Notes: generated from the letters alone by a model not told the origin. Shown: positions 42,183 through 57,458, counted from the first letter of the stretch. The stretch: 64,000 nucleotides of DNA from Octopus sinensis (GCF_006345805.1 NC_043003.1:97898001-97962000), one strand, 5' to 3'. Made by a program: numbers and translations.

Positions 42183-42557
42183 GGAGCAGGCGTGGCTGTG
42201 CGGTAAAAAGTTTGCTTCACAACAACGTGGTTCCGCGTGCAGTCCCACTACGTGGCACCTTGGGCAACTGCCGTCTACTAAATGCTGGAGCCGATCAAAG
42301 CCTTGTCAGTGGATTTGGTAGACAGAAACTGAAAGAAGCCCGTCGTATATATATATATATATATATTTGTGTCTCTGTTTGTCCCCCCACTATCACTTGA
42401 CAACCGATGTTGACGTGTTTACGTCCCCGTAGATAACAGTTCGGCAAAAGATACCGATAGATTAAGTACTAAGCTTACAAAGAATAAATCCCGGGTCCAA
42501 TTTTTTTGACTAAAGGTGGTGCACCTGCATGGCCGCAGTCTGAACAAGTAAAAGAAC
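42183..42557 (+). mobile_element. SINE family A
   Basis: Head, body and tail recognisable. Confidence 0.85.
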
Positions 42558-43837
42558 ACATATATATATATGGGCGTGTGTGTGTATGAGTGCATAGGGG
42601 CTTATCCGTATATGTACGTGGTTTTTATGCTTTGTATACTTCCTTATGTTTTTTTTTCTGTTATCTTTAACCATGGTTTTTCTTGTGTTTGTGCGTATAT
42701 AGACGTATGTATGAACTTTTACCGTACGCATGTGTGTGTGTGTATGAGGTTGTATATATATGCGTATATATTTGGCGAAAAATGCGAGTGAAGATGTGTA
42801 CGTTTTCGTAGTGACGTATAAGTACGCACGTGGGTTCGCGAGCAGAATTATAATATATGCATATATGGGTACAGGACGTCACAAACTGTAAACAACATGA
42901 ATTACGAAAACAAATCAGTTGAATACGCAAACTACAAGAGAAACAAATGGAAAAGAGGAAAGTAACATAAACAATGACCCTTCCTCAGTTGTCAGCTGCC
43001 TATCTACTCTTCATTTTCAGCATTGAAGGACAATATGAGTCTTGGAAGGTAGTTGGTCCCACAAATACCAAAATAAAATTTGGGATTTATAGAGGGTGAA
43101 AAAAAAAGGACAGTGGAGACTCATTAGACCAGAACGAGGGTAAAATACCGAACGCTGGAGAAATATTTTCATATATATATATATAATTAGGTTATGTATA
43201 TATATATATATATATGTACATACGCTAACGCACGCACACACACACACACACGTATATATATAAATAAATATAAAATACATCAAGTGCAGGACATCACCAA
43301 CGAGTGAAGAATGCGTAAACACATAATGAGAGACAAGTACGGGACAAAATACCAAAAGAAGTTTAACTCCTCCTCAGTTGTCAGCTGTTAATTACTTCGC
43401 ATTTCGAGCTTTGAACGACAAGATAGGAAACCTTCATAAAACAGCAACATCCAAAAATTTTAAAACTATAAAATTTGTGTGGAGTTAGAGGTTCAAATAA
43501 CTATATAGTGGACGTACAAAGTAAACAATCGGCGAAGACAAACATTAAGGGCCGTCAGGCCAAGGCACATTGTAATGGGCAGCGCCTGATCCCAGCCTTA
43601 GATATATAAGGGATTTGATAAACTTGTCTATAAATTAAAACTAACCCCATAAAAACAAAAAAAAATCAGTGACAGGCAGAATCTGTAACAATGTATATCT
43701 TCTTGGAAAATTCAGTACCTTCTAAACTGGAGTGAGACAGCATGTTCTTTGTCTATCTCCCTAACTTCATGGAGATTTTAGGTATAATTATACTAATGTG
43801 TCCATCTGTTCTAATTTATTTAAATTCTATGTCTTTG

Positions 43838-43924
43838 TGCAGCTGAAGATTGCTCTGCATTTTAAATTGATGTAATGATTGCATTGTTCAATTAAATGGA
43901 ATTGCATGAAACGATCGTACTGCA
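43838..43924 (+). ncRNA. Type I hammerhead ribozyme motif, canonical core
   Basis: TGCAG CTGAAGA [long stem II] GAAA C GATC G TA CTGCA; perfect 5-bp stem I; the element continues to about 43957 and then TA/CA repeats. Confidence 0.8.
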
Positions 43925-43978
43925 TTACCTCTGGATATCCTTGTTGCTTATCTTGATATATATACATACACACACACG

Positions 43979-44037
<59 letters not shown>

Positions 44038-44298
44038 TATGCATTGTTGGGTTCGAACTCGTTGCAAAATGGTGACGAGGAGTAATCCTTATCCACCCAA
44101 ACAACCCAGCTGTTGAATGTTAAAATGATTGTGTAATTTATGATGTTCTTTGTTGTTTATAAGATTCCCAATGCTGCGTTTTATAGTGTTTACGCCTGTT
44201 ACGGTTCAGTCCTATACGTCACAACCATATGTTAGGTCTGGGGCTACAAATGTGTTAATGTGTTAATAATTGATTTACACATGATTTAGCACATATGC

Positions 44299-45505
<1,207 letters not shown>

Positions 45506-45980
45506 CTCATCGTTGTTTGTAAAACATAGTCTCGTTTCATAGAGCTCCACTTAGAAGATATTTTCTTCCAAGATTACTTAATGAAACAAAGAAATATTAT
45601 AAGTTTATTTTTATTATTATGAGATTTCGCCACAATAGAATCGCATTCCAGATAAAAGAGAACGTTCACTATATGCCTTTTATTGTAAACACATATTTTT
45701 GAATAAACAATGAATAGACCCACAGGTTTTTGAAGTTTTGAAAACACACACACAGGCACGCACGTACGCACGCACGCACGCACACACACACACACACACA
45801 CAGATTTTAAAATGTTAACACTAAAAAATGACAAATTTCTTATAGACATAGTCGTAACCAGCGCTAACCTCAACAAGTAATCCAGCAAGAAAACGTCTGA
45901 AATGTTGCTAGGCTAAAAGAGCTGTAGTTAAGTCTTCTTCAAACATGAAATTGTCGTCTCTAGAATGGTTTGGCTGTGTA

Positions 45981-46147
45981 GGTGCAGGAGTGGCTGTGTG
46001 GTAAGTAGCTTGTTTACCAACTACATGGTTCCGGGTTCAGTCCCACTGCGTGGCACCTTGGGCAAGTGTCTTCACTATAGCCTCGGGCCGACCAAAGCCT
46101 TGTGAGTGGATTGGTAGACGGAAACTGAAGAAGCTGCGTATACAGTA

Positions 46148-46187
<40 letters not shown>

Positions 46188-46452
46188 TATATATTATATA
46201 TATATAATATGTGTGTGTGCGTGTATATTTTGTGTCTGTGTTTGTCCCCCTAGCATGCTTGACAACCGGTTGCTGGTTGTGTTTATGTCCCGTCACTTAG
46301 CGGTTCGGCAAAAAGAGAGACCGATAGAATAAGTACTGGGCTTACAAAAATAAGTCCCGGGGTCGAGTTGCTCGACTAAAGGCGGTGCTCCAGCATGGCC
46401 GCAGTCAAAATGACTGAAACAAGTAAAAGAGTAAAGAGTAAAGAGTAAAGAG
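45981..46452 (+). mobile_element. SINE family A, full length
   Basis: ggtgcaggagtggctgtgtggtaag head to (gagtaaa)n tail. Confidence 0.9.
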
Positions 46453-46789
46453 GTTCAACTATTTCTGTCAAAATTAAAAAATTTAAACATCTTTATGGAA
46501 CTAAGAGTATTTATTATCTCTTCGTGTAGTAATAAATCAGGAGAACACCAATCACACAACATTCGAAATAGTACTAAAATCGAAGACTGGTCTCTTTTCA
46601 ATAGAGATGTTCTTACAATATACATAATAATTTGCATTAAATATATATAAAGATTACAAAGACACCTCTAAACTTATAGGGAATGGCATCATAATTAAAA
46701 CTGCTATCTTTCAAAATAAACGAAAGAAATTTTAGGTACATTATTGTAACAAACATACACATACCTATTTCTTTACTACCCACCAGGGG

Positions 46790-46995
46790 CTAAACACAAA
46801 GGGGACAAACAAGGACAGATAAACGGATTAAGTCGATTATATCGACCCCAGTGCGTAACTGGTACTTATGTAATCGACTCAGAAAGGATGAAAGGCAAAG
46901 TCGACCTCGGCGGGATTTGAACTCAGAACGTAGCGGCAGACGAAATACTGCGAAGCATTTCGCCCGGCGTGCTAACGTTTCTGCCAGCTCGTCCC
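46790..46995 (-). mobile_element. SINE family B
   Basis: Reverse copy including the ggcagaaacgttagcacgccgggcgaaatgc head. Confidence 0.8.
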
Positions 46996-47104
46996 CTTAC
47001 AAACCTACATATACCATCATCGTCTACACAGACTGCCTTACCAGGTTTACGCTTCCACCTTGATGCAGCACTTTAACACTCTCAAAACCACCTTCATTGG
47101 AAGC

Positions 47105-47305
47105 GACGTTAATGCTTAGCGGCATTTCGTCCGTCTTTGCGATCTGAGTTCAAATTCTACCGGAGTCAACTTTGCCTTTTATCCTTTCGGGGTCGAAATA
47201 AGTACTGAGTTGAGCACTGGGGGAAGGAGTTCTATATAATCGATTAACCCCATTCTCCGAGATTGCTGGCCTTGCGCCAGAATTTGAAACCAATATTCTC
47301 CACAC
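47105..47305 (+). mobile_element. SINE family B
   Basis: gcggcatttcgtccgtc...ttcggggtcgaaataagtac...aatttgaaaccaata. Confidence 0.8.
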
Positions 47306-48590
47306 TCGAAAAATATAGAAAAAAATTGGATCAATTTAATATTGTCAACTTAATGTAAATATCTATAATTTTACCAGTGGGATAATCTAATAGATTTTCT
47401 GCTTATAAAGCTTGTAATTGTTTGCATTATTTCTGTTGTCCGACGAGATCGACTTTGCAGTACTTCCTTTCGGGATGAATAAAATGATTCCCTGTTGAAT
47501 ACTGGTATCTATGTAGTCGACTAACCCTTCCCCCCAATATTGTTAGGCTTGTGCTAAAATTTGCCTGACATTAAAACAAAACCCCTCTTTATCTTCATCA
47601 TCAGACTATAAAATAGAGCAAAACGTTTTTTCATATGCTAAACAAAATCGACAGGTTTAACTAAAAACCATGCGATAGGAGATTCAATAGCAGTTCACCC
47701 TTAAATGTAAACTGGCGTCAAAACTCAGGGAAAGTATCTGAAATAATGATTAATTTTTCCAAAAAATCATTTCTCTTGTTCACTTGGAGATCCTGGTGGT
47801 AGTTGTTGTTAAGGGAAGTAATCACTACTAGAAAAGTTTGAAGTCATGGTGGGGTGAAAAATTTGAATCTTAAATTTAACAGTAATCAAGAAAATACATA
47901 ATCTATGCATTTTCATATTCATATTTTTTTAAACATCACAAAGATCCTAAATGTATTTTTTAGTCATTCGTAGCTATGTATAGCGCTATTTCATTCATTT
48001 TTCGAATCACCAGCATGACATAATCCTTGGCAAATATATTACACTTAATTAAACACATTTCGAGGCAAGATTAGAATAAGTGCAACAAAAAAAGGTTAGA
48101 ATAAGTGCAAGGAACGATAACGATAATGATAATGAGCAATTCCTTTTCAATAAATAATCAATAAAAACGAATAATTCCTTATCAATGAGGTCGATATAAT
48201 CGACCCTCAAGCCTTATGTATGTTGTCCTTTTTTGAAATTATTATTCAGTAATCGTGTTGCTCTATTCGGTTTCAAATCTATCTAATACCATTATATATT
48301 GTGGTTGTTTAGCCTCTGTTCAAACCCAATCAACCAGACTTTTGATTAAAAGAATTTCAACTTTAAACAACTCGTTTTCTTTTTAGAGTTATTCAGGATT
48401 GCATTATCTCACGTTACGTTCCACAGTGTGAAACTAATTGTAGTAAACGTCAGAATATATAGCTTTTAATAAAATATGTATAGTATTCTGTAAAGTAACA
48501 CTGAGCACTCCTTTCTTGAATATAACTTTTAACTCATACATACATACATACATACATACATACATACATACATACATACATACATACATA

Positions 48591-48625
<35 letters not shown>

Positions 48626-49439
48626 AATATGTGTGTATGTGTATGTAACTGCGTGAATAAATTTCCTGTCGGTCTCCCTGGCGTGAAAAAGGGGCTATTT
48701 TGGGGGCAAGAATGCAACTTAGTGCAGTGGTTAAGAATAGATGAAACGCGTGCATGTGATATTTCCTCTTTGTTAGGGAAATGTACAAAGATATAGAATA
48801 AGAAAATGGAAATTATGAGAGATTTGAACAACTTTAGAAGGTGTATCAGATATCGGTCACCAGTGGTCTAGTATTTAACTTCAATGTATTATATATCATA
48901 GCAAATAACTCCACCCTATCGGGTGGAATGAGCTGCTGAGCTGTTGCATAAGATATCGTGTCCGAACATAGCTGACTTGTGTAGTTATGCCAAACAGCTG
49001 TTATCGCGTGTAGGCTAGATTCAGCTATCGCTCGAGTCCATCGTGAATACCGTCCTGTCACTTTCCTTTAGTAGGGCAAAGCAGCAGCTTTCGCTACTTG
49101 GATGTTATGTCGAAAGAGGCTGTGCAGTGGATGAGGCTTAAAGCAGCGATCCCCTAACTGTTTGATACTCCGGACCAGTTTTATACCAGACAAGTTTTTT
49201 TTCCACAGTTCAGATTATCAAATGCATAACACAATGGATTAAAGTAGTGTACATTATATAATTGAATTATTATATATATAATACCGATGTAACTATTACT
49301 TGTATAGTACTCGCTCTATTTCTACTATTATTACATAGTAACAACTCAAAAGTAGAAGATTTATTCTTTCTGCGTGGCCGGGTACCAAACGATCCACATC
49401 GTAGTATTGATCCGTGACCCTGCGGCTGGAAACCCATGG

Positions 49440-49614
49440 CTTATTCTATCGGTCTCTTTCGCCGAACCACTAGGTTACGGGAACGTAAACACACCAGCAT
49501 CGATTGTCAGGCGATGTTGGGCGACAAACACAGATACACAAACATACACACACACACACACAGACATACATAGACACAGACACAGACACACACAGACACA
49601 CACACACACACATA

Positions 49615-49702
<88 letters not shown>

Positions 49703-49745
49703 GACGGGCTTCTTTCAGTTTCTGTCTACCAAATCCACTCACAAG
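49440..49745 (-). mobile_element. SINE family A internal fragment
   Basis: Reverse copy of the body with (CA)n(TA)n. Confidence 0.8.
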
Positions 49746-50466
49746 GGCAGGCAATTTTCTCTTAGATCAAAGACCTCATCAACCTCTTTAAGTTCCATTT
49801 TGAAGGTGAGGAGACGGAAGTGCTTTCTAGTGAATTTGTGGGTGACTGTGGCAAAAATGGCTACTGATTGAAACTAACCTAAGCATATCTCCATAGGTCG
49901 GAGAACAACCGTTTGAGTGCGGACACAGCTTAAGTGGTCAGAGTGATTTTGGTTTTTAGGTGGGGAGGAGGTCATCTGGTTGAAACCAGCTGGAGTTCCT
50001 CCTATATCAAGAAGACTGTATTATTTATGTATGCAAGTACCATATTTGTATCAGTGATTTTGCTCATATAAAAGTGCTCTACCTGCTTATAAGCAAGTAC
50101 TATTCCCATGTTATAATTAGCAATTTATACTCACTTACTGCCTTCTAAGGAGTTGGTGTGGAAGAGGATGCTGTTAAACGAGAAATAGAGAAGGAGCTGA
50201 TAACAGTAGAGAAAGCAAAATGAAAATGAGTGGAAAGATGATGTATTTTATATCAATGCTCAGACTGGAAAGTGTTAATGACAGTGAGTTGGAGTAAGAG
50301 TTAGCTTGCTGTTGCTTTAATAAGGAAGAGAATTAAGAACCATCTCAATATATTGACAAATAACGATGAAAAACAAAGTTTTATGGATCTCGCAGTTTTA
50401 TGATGAATATTGCGGTAAAAGATGTACCAGAATAATATTAATTAAATAATAATAATAATAATAATA

Positions 50467-50513
<47 letters not shown>

Positions 50514-52222
50514 GTGACAATGAATCTCTAAATGCTGGTGATGTAAAAATTTCATGTGGCATTTTCCAGGGTGACTCACTATCACCACTCCTCTTTTGTT
50601 TAGCCTTAATACCTCTCTCAAAATTGCTCAATGACGCGCAGTATGGATATAAAATGTTTGATAAAAATATAAATCATCTCATTTACATAGATGATTTAAA
50701 GCTCTTTGCAAAAAATGACCAACAACTCAAGCGAGAATTGTTTAGCGATTGCTAAACAATTCAGTGATGACATCAGAATGCAATTTGGCCTCGATAAATG
50801 TGCAAAAGCTACCTTTATCAAAGGAAAAATGACAGAAACATCTAACGTTAACCTTGACCAGCAGAATGTCATAAAAGAATTAGACCCAGCGGAGAGCTAA
50901 AAGTACCCAGGGGTAATTGAAGGGGACGGAATAAGGCATTCAGTGATGAAGGAAAGGATCAAGAGAGAATGTTATCGCAGAGTAAGAGCAATACTCAAGA
51001 CAGAGCTGAATGCAAGAAACAAGATCGAAGCGATCAATGCTTTAGCCATACCAGTCGTGACTTACAGTTTCAATATCGTTAACTGGTCAATTACTGAAAT
51101 ATGTAATCTTGACAGAAAAATACGAAAACTGTTGACAATGCATAGAATGCACCACCCTAAGGTAGATACAGAACGACTTTATCTGCCGAGAAAAGAAGGA
51201 GACAGTGGACTTTTACAACTGGCAATAACAATGAAGATTGCTACAATTGGCCTAGACACCTACCTGAAAAACTCCGAGGACTGGATTTTAAAACCTGTCT
51301 CAAAACATGAAAACAAGAAAGCATCATACTCAGTAACAAAACAGGCAAAGGAATATCTAAGTGAATTCCGAATACAACAAATTTTGGAATTAGACATACA
51401 AGAAACAAGCACAGAAAAAGCTAAGCGCATGAAAACCCGTGCTAAAACTGCTGTCTTAGATAAATGGCAAGAAAAACCTCTCTATACCCAAAGAGAGCGA
51501 ATAATGCAGATGTTGACAAAGCCCTGACCCATCAATGGCTAATGGCCTCTGGCTTAAAATCTGAAACAGAGGGGTTTATCATAGCAGCTCAAGATCAATG
51601 CCTACCAACAAGGAACTACCAGGCCAACATATTAAAGAACGGCAGTAGCCCAACATGTCGTGTATGTCAACAACAAAATGAAACCATTGATCATGTTGTC
51701 TCCAAGTGCAGTCTTTTAGCGCCTACAGAGTATCTCAACAGGCATGATAGAGGTGCACAATATATTCACAGGGTAATTTGCAAAAACCTGGATTTGCCCC
51801 ATGAAAAAAACTGGTGGGAACACAAACCACCTCCAGTGCTTGAAAATGACCACATCTCACTCCTCTGGAACTTCACCATTCAAACTGACAGAAAGATAGA
51901 TGCAAATAGGCCAGACATCATATTGAAACACTTCAGACAAAAAACGTGCCTCCTCATTGATATGACTGTCCCAATCGATATAAACGTATCTGTCAAGACC
52001 TACCAAAAACTGAGCAAATATAAAGATCTTGAAATAGAAATCAGCAAAATGTGGAACCTGAAGACTAAAACAAAACCTGTTGTCATAGGTGCCCTGGGAA
52101 TGATAGCAAAAGGGGCTGATTGCTACCTAACTCAGATACCAGGAAACCCCCAAATAGCAGAAATTCAAAAGATAGTGCTCATGGGAACTGCTCATATCCT
52201 ACGCAAAATACTTTCTATGTAA
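50514..52222 (+). pseudogene. RT-CCHC-RLE ORF remnant
   Basis: ORF-track segments 50706-50900, 50943-51527 and 51464-52222 join after two frameshifts and one stop. Confidence 0.88.
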
Positions 52223-52426
52223 TCTCAAGTTTTAAAACAAACATAATTTTCGTATGTTTATTTTTTGTTTGTTTTAGACATTCACTAGTACAACACTAAA
52301 TACAAAACCAAATATATGGCACACTAGGAATAACAATAACATGAACTTCCAACCTGTTGTCTCTTGAGGTCTCTGGGTGAGACTTGGAGCCAACTTGTAC
52401 AAATATAAAGCAAAAGTCAAACATAG
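50514..52426 (+). mobile_element. 5'-truncated R4/Dong-clade RLE non-LTR retrotransposon in (TAA)n
   Basis: RT motifs GIFQGDSLSPLLF and YIDDLKL; CCHC CRVC...ETIDHVVSKC; RHD; RPD...IDMTVP...KLSKYKDL; (AAT)n on both flanks. Confidence 0.88.
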
Positions 52427-52433
52427 AATAATA

Positions 52434-52468
<35 letters not shown>

Positions 52469-52988
52469 TAATAATAATAATAATAATAATATAATAATAG
52501 TAATAAAATCTTTTGATGTTTTGCAAATAACTTTATGAAATCTTTGTAATTTACGTATGATGTTCCAAATGTTTTGAACTCTGACTCTTAGACATGACAT
52601 TACATTTGGAATCATTGTGACAGTGAACATAGCCAAGCTCAAACATTTGGAACAACCATTGTAGAATCATCATTCGTTACCGATTCTTAACTTATTCGTA
52701 ATTATCATAAAACAGTTAGCAGTTATTTTTGACAGTACAAGTATACGTTACGAACCATTTTTATCCTTCATTTTCAGCTATAAGTATGTATTATCTTATT
52801 TATAAATTATTATTAATTTCGGTACTTTGGCATACATCAAAATGTAATATTTTAGTTTTAAATATAATGTACTAAGTCTTTAAGTTGGAATTTTGTCAAT
52901 AGATTAATTATTGAAATAGTCACTCTCCTTTAACTTCAAATGTACGATTAGTGCATGATTACATACGTACGTACATACATACATGCAT

Positions 52989-53022
<34 letters not shown>

Positions 53023-53253
53023 TTATATACATGCAAACACATATGTGCAAGCACACACACACATACAAACACACACATATATATGCTTAAGTGTACAAAT
53101 GGATGTAGTTGAGTATGTTAATATCCCTATACAACATTGACTGCTTCATCCAACGCAAATATTGTATGTATGTATGTATGTATGTATGTATGTATGTATT
53201 TATGTGTGTATATATATGTATGTGTATGTGTATTTATATATATATATACATGC

Positions 53254-53286
<33 letters not shown>

Positions 53287-53951
53287 TGCACGCACACACA
53301 TATATATGCACACATACGTACGTATATAAGTGTGTGTGTGTATGTTTGTGAATGTGTGCATGTGTTTGAGGGGGTTGTAAGTTTGTGTATGTGCCTGCGT
53401 GTAAATGTGGGAGAGCAAAAGAGAAGAAAGAAAGCAAGTGAAATTATGTTTAATTTGCGATCACAAGATCGAAAACTATTTAAAGGCAATTATACAAACG
53501 AATATTTGAAGAATTATAGAAATCATGTTTCTTACTGAGACATTGAGAGAAATAAAATGAAAAAGAACGAAAGAAAGAAGGAAAAAGATTGTAGCTGGAA
53601 ACCTCCAGAGAATCGCCATATTTCGAAAGAAATTCGAAGCGTTATTGTCCATTATTAACACGATTTTACACTTAGAGTTTGATTCGGGTGGGCTTGGTTC
53701 AGGGTGGCAAGTAAAATTGTGTATATGAGTTTTACAAATTTTGGACACACACACACACGCGCGCACACACATACACACATACACATTCGCATACACATGC
53801 ACACGCACAAACACACGCAAATACACGCAAATACACGCACACGCTCAAAACACATTCGTACATACACACCCACACACAAACGTATACATACACACAAGCT
53901 CAAACTTAACTCATTCAAACACACACACACACACACATACACACACACACA

Positions 53952-54000
<49 letters not shown>

Positions 54001-54114
54001 GTATATATATACACCTTCCACAGACACATATGTGTATGTATATATTTGCACATATACACAGATACATGCACATATATTCATATTCATGTATGAATTTATA
54101 TATATATATTCTTT

Positions 54115-54430
54115 TAATCTTTCATTTGATTCAGTCATTTGACTGCGGCCATGCTGTAGCACCACTTTTAGCCGAACAGATCGACCCTAGCACTTATCCT
54201 TTGTAAGCCTAGTACTTATCCTATCGGTCTCTTTTGCCGAACCGCCAAGTTACGGGGACGTAAACACCGACATCGGTTTTCAAGCGATGGGGCGGGGGGG
54301 GGGCAAACACAGACACACAAATACATGCATACATACACACATACATACATATATACATTCAGTGGGATTGAACCCCCCGGAACCATGTGGTTCGGAAGCA
54401 AGTTTCTTACCACACAGCCACTCCTGCGCC
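54115..54430 (-). mobile_element. SINE family A with internal deletion
   Basis: Reverse head (ggcgcaggagtggctgtg) and tail present; part of the middle is missing. Confidence 0.8.
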
Positions 54431-54498
<68 letters not shown>

Positions 54499-54513
54499 CA
54501 TATAAATATATAC

Positions 54514-54550
<37 letters not shown>

Positions 54551-54589
54551 GTTATATATATATATATATATATATCTATATATATATAA

Positions 54590-54622
<33 letters not shown>

Positions 54623-54747
54623 ACATATATAGAATTCAATAATAATAAAGGTAAAATTAATTAATTAATTAATAATTAGTAATTCTACCAAGTAGTATTC
54701 GGCATGTTAAAAGGATCATTTACGGTAAACTTAAACAATATTTTTTT

Positions 54748-54938
54748 TTATAATTATGAATATAATTTTATTTAGGGTTTGGCAAAAAAATTGTTTAACC
54801 ACATACCGAACTTTAGGAAATAGTTGTTTCTTACAGTAGAAGAAATAACTAGGTTCTTTTGGCTGCTATTTCTAAAGTTCGGTATGTGGTTAAGCAAATT
54901 TTGCCAAACCCTAATTATAATTATATTCATAATTATAA
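54748..54938. repeat. ~75-bp-arm hairpin
   Basis: 54748-54823 is inverted at 54866-54938, with an inner hairpin agttgtttct/agaaataact. Confidence 0.85.
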
Positions 54939-54946
54939 AACATATT

Positions 54947-54985
<39 letters not shown>

Positions 54986-55084
54986 ATGGATAATAAAACG
55001 AATGGTAAAGCACGGTCACTTTTAGAGTAATCGTTAGGTATATAGCAAATGAAAGACAGAAGATGGAATACACGAAAATTTATC

Positions 55085-55188
55085 ATTAATCATGACAATT
55101 GTTTCGACGCATCTAGCATCGATTTCTCTTGGGTGGCACACTCAACAACTGGCCCAGGAACATACGGTGGTGCAGATGCATCTCGTCG
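55085..55188 (-). ncRNA. Hammerhead motif truncated by the assembly gap
   Basis: Minus strand N-CGACGA GATGCATCT...AGATGCGTC GAAA C AATT G TC ATGA; 9-bp stem II, GUC triplet. Confidence 0.7.
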
Positions 55189-55288
55189 NNNNNNNNNNNN
55201 NNNNNNNNNNNNNNNNNNNNNNNNNNNNNNNNNNNNNNNNNNNNNNNNNNNNNNNNNNNNNNNNNNNNNNNNNNNNNNNNNNNNNNNN
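55189..55288. other. Assembly gap (100 N)
   Basis: Run of N. Confidence 1.
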
Positions 55289-56094
55289 ATACCCACAGTT
55301 TACACAGGTAGAGTAGAATAATTAGGGGACTGTTAGGTAGATAAATGTATGTATGTAAGTGGGTGTGAGTGTGTGTGTATGCACTTTTTTTTATTTCTGT
55401 ATGTAAGCATATAGATATGTAAATACACAGATCAATATACAGACGGATAGGTATATAGACTATATGAACAGACACATATGGAGACAAGATCCACACATAT
55501 AAAGATGCACATCCATACATACAAACATGGTACATAGTTGCATAACACACACACACATACACACACACAGACATGCACACACAAGGAGGCAGAGGTGCAT
55601 ATAATATACAAACACATGCTCACACACACACACATAGAAAATACACAAACACGGACAGGCAAGCACATAAATATACAGGATACGTACATACAGATGCACA
55701 CACTTACATACATATATACATATGCATACACACACATATATACATACATACACATGCAAAAACACACAAACATACATACGTACATGCATGCATGTATAGG
55801 CACACACACACACACACACACACTGACCCACACACATGCGCACAAACAAACAAAAAGGAATGCGGTGTAAATAACAGACAGGGTCAAAACTATTGAAAAG
55901 GTTGCAACACGCAACGAAAATTTTAGGAAAATAAAAATAAGAAAAAAAGTGGAAATTTTACCGGTCAGTGTGTTAATTATAAGGCACAAAACAAAAAAAA
56001 TGACTCTCCCCAGACACAACAGAATATGCTTCAACACACGAACTCATATAAAGAATCTTGCAAACCAAATACCAAAACGATATATATATATATT

Positions 56095-56247
56095 TTATTT
56101 AAAGCAGCAGAAAGTTCAACAAAACCTGTTACTCTGAGTTTCCCGTTGCCGTTCATCGGACAGTTTTTGCTAGATGTTTTTTTCGATGAACAGCAACGAG
56201 AAACTCAGAGTAACAGGTTTTGTTGAATTTTCTGCTGCTTTAAATAA
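56095..56247. mobile_element. Fold-back repeat with inverted hammerhead-like motifs
   Basis: Arms 56095-56158 / 56184-56247; minus strand CTGT CCGATGA ACG GCAA CGG GAAA C TCAGA G TA ACAG at 56126-56163. Confidence 0.75.
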
Positions 56248-56314
56248 GCATATTACTCTACCACTGGTATTTGAGTATATATTATATATGTATACATATA
56301 TATATAGATATATT

Positions 56315-56393
<79 letters not shown>

Positions 56394-56631
56394 TAGCTGC
56401 ACTCTCGTTACACGAGAAAAGCCACTTACAGAAATGATTCATTATTGATGCCATGTGATGTTCTTTATATGACATTTAAGCCCAGCCAAAGCTTTACTCG
56501 TTTTATCACATACTGCACAGCAGGAGTAGCAGGTGCTGCCATATGCACTCCCTTAACATGTCTTTTCAGACCTCCAACTGAGAGGCACACCCTTCCACAT
56601 TTTACACATGTTCTGTTGTAAATTGTAATAG

Positions 56632-57060
56632 TCACAGCACTGTTTTATCATGGGTCGATTTCTGTGAGATTTTTTTATGGCTGACCAGGCCTGCACGACT
56701 CAAACACCGCCTTCCATAAACCACACACACAAAACGCAACACTCTCTCACTCTCCACAGGTTCCCTCCTTCTAAGCCCATTCCTAATTCTCTCATACTTC
56801 ATTTTCTCCCTCTCAAATCCCAAACAACCACTATGCACTGTCTTCCTCCATCCATCTCGGTCTTGTGCCTCCCTCTCCCAATCATTAACTGCAATTCCTG
56901 TATTAGAGAATTTTTAAAGCAATCCTTAAACCTTAGTTTAGGCTTATGCGCCGGTCTCCTGCAGTCTTCTAGCTCACTATGCAATGGCTGCTTGGGCAGT
57001 TTCTCATCGCTCATCATTTACCAATTGTCCCCACCATCTCAAACGTCTTTTCAGAATTAT
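56632..57060 (-). mobile_element. RTE/BovB-like LINE 3' coding remnant
   Basis: MMSDEKLPKQPLHSEL...KPKLRFKD..K and FVCVVYGRRCLSRAGLVSHKK in frameshifted ORFs. Confidence 0.8.
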
Positions 57061-57123
57061 TGACTATATACTTCTACTGCCACTCCTCTCAAGCACCTCC
57101 ACATTACTCTAATTTTTCTCAGA

Positions 57124-57154
<31 letters not shown>

Positions 57155-57258
57155 AAGTTAATCCAAACATGAAAACACAAAGAGAAAACACAACAACGCG
57201 AGGACGTGGAACAAATATAGTATTATTGGACGCTCAGGAAGGAAGGGAAGAAGGAGGG

Positions 57259-57291
57259 TTTTACTTTTCGAGCGGAGTTCTTCGTCGGAAA
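57259..57291 (-). ncRNA. Degenerate minimal hammerhead-like motif
   Basis: Minus strand TTT CCGACGA A GAAC TCC GCTC GAAA AG TA AAA. Confidence 0.5.
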
Positions 57292-57383
57292 CATAGGAGG
57301 AGGAAAGATCCAGAGAAGGGAAGACGGAGGAAAAAAATCGACCGGAGCATAAGCCTATATATATATAGACATACATACATACA

Positions 57384-57416
<33 letters not shown>

Positions 57417-57458
57417 GTATCTATATTTTTTCTATGTATTGTATGTTCGTGTGTGTGT

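Noticed and set aside
49144-49260. cagcgatccctaac... resembling a hAT/Charlie MITE left end
   Set aside because: Heavily degenerate, and no matching right TIR or 8-bp TSD was found.
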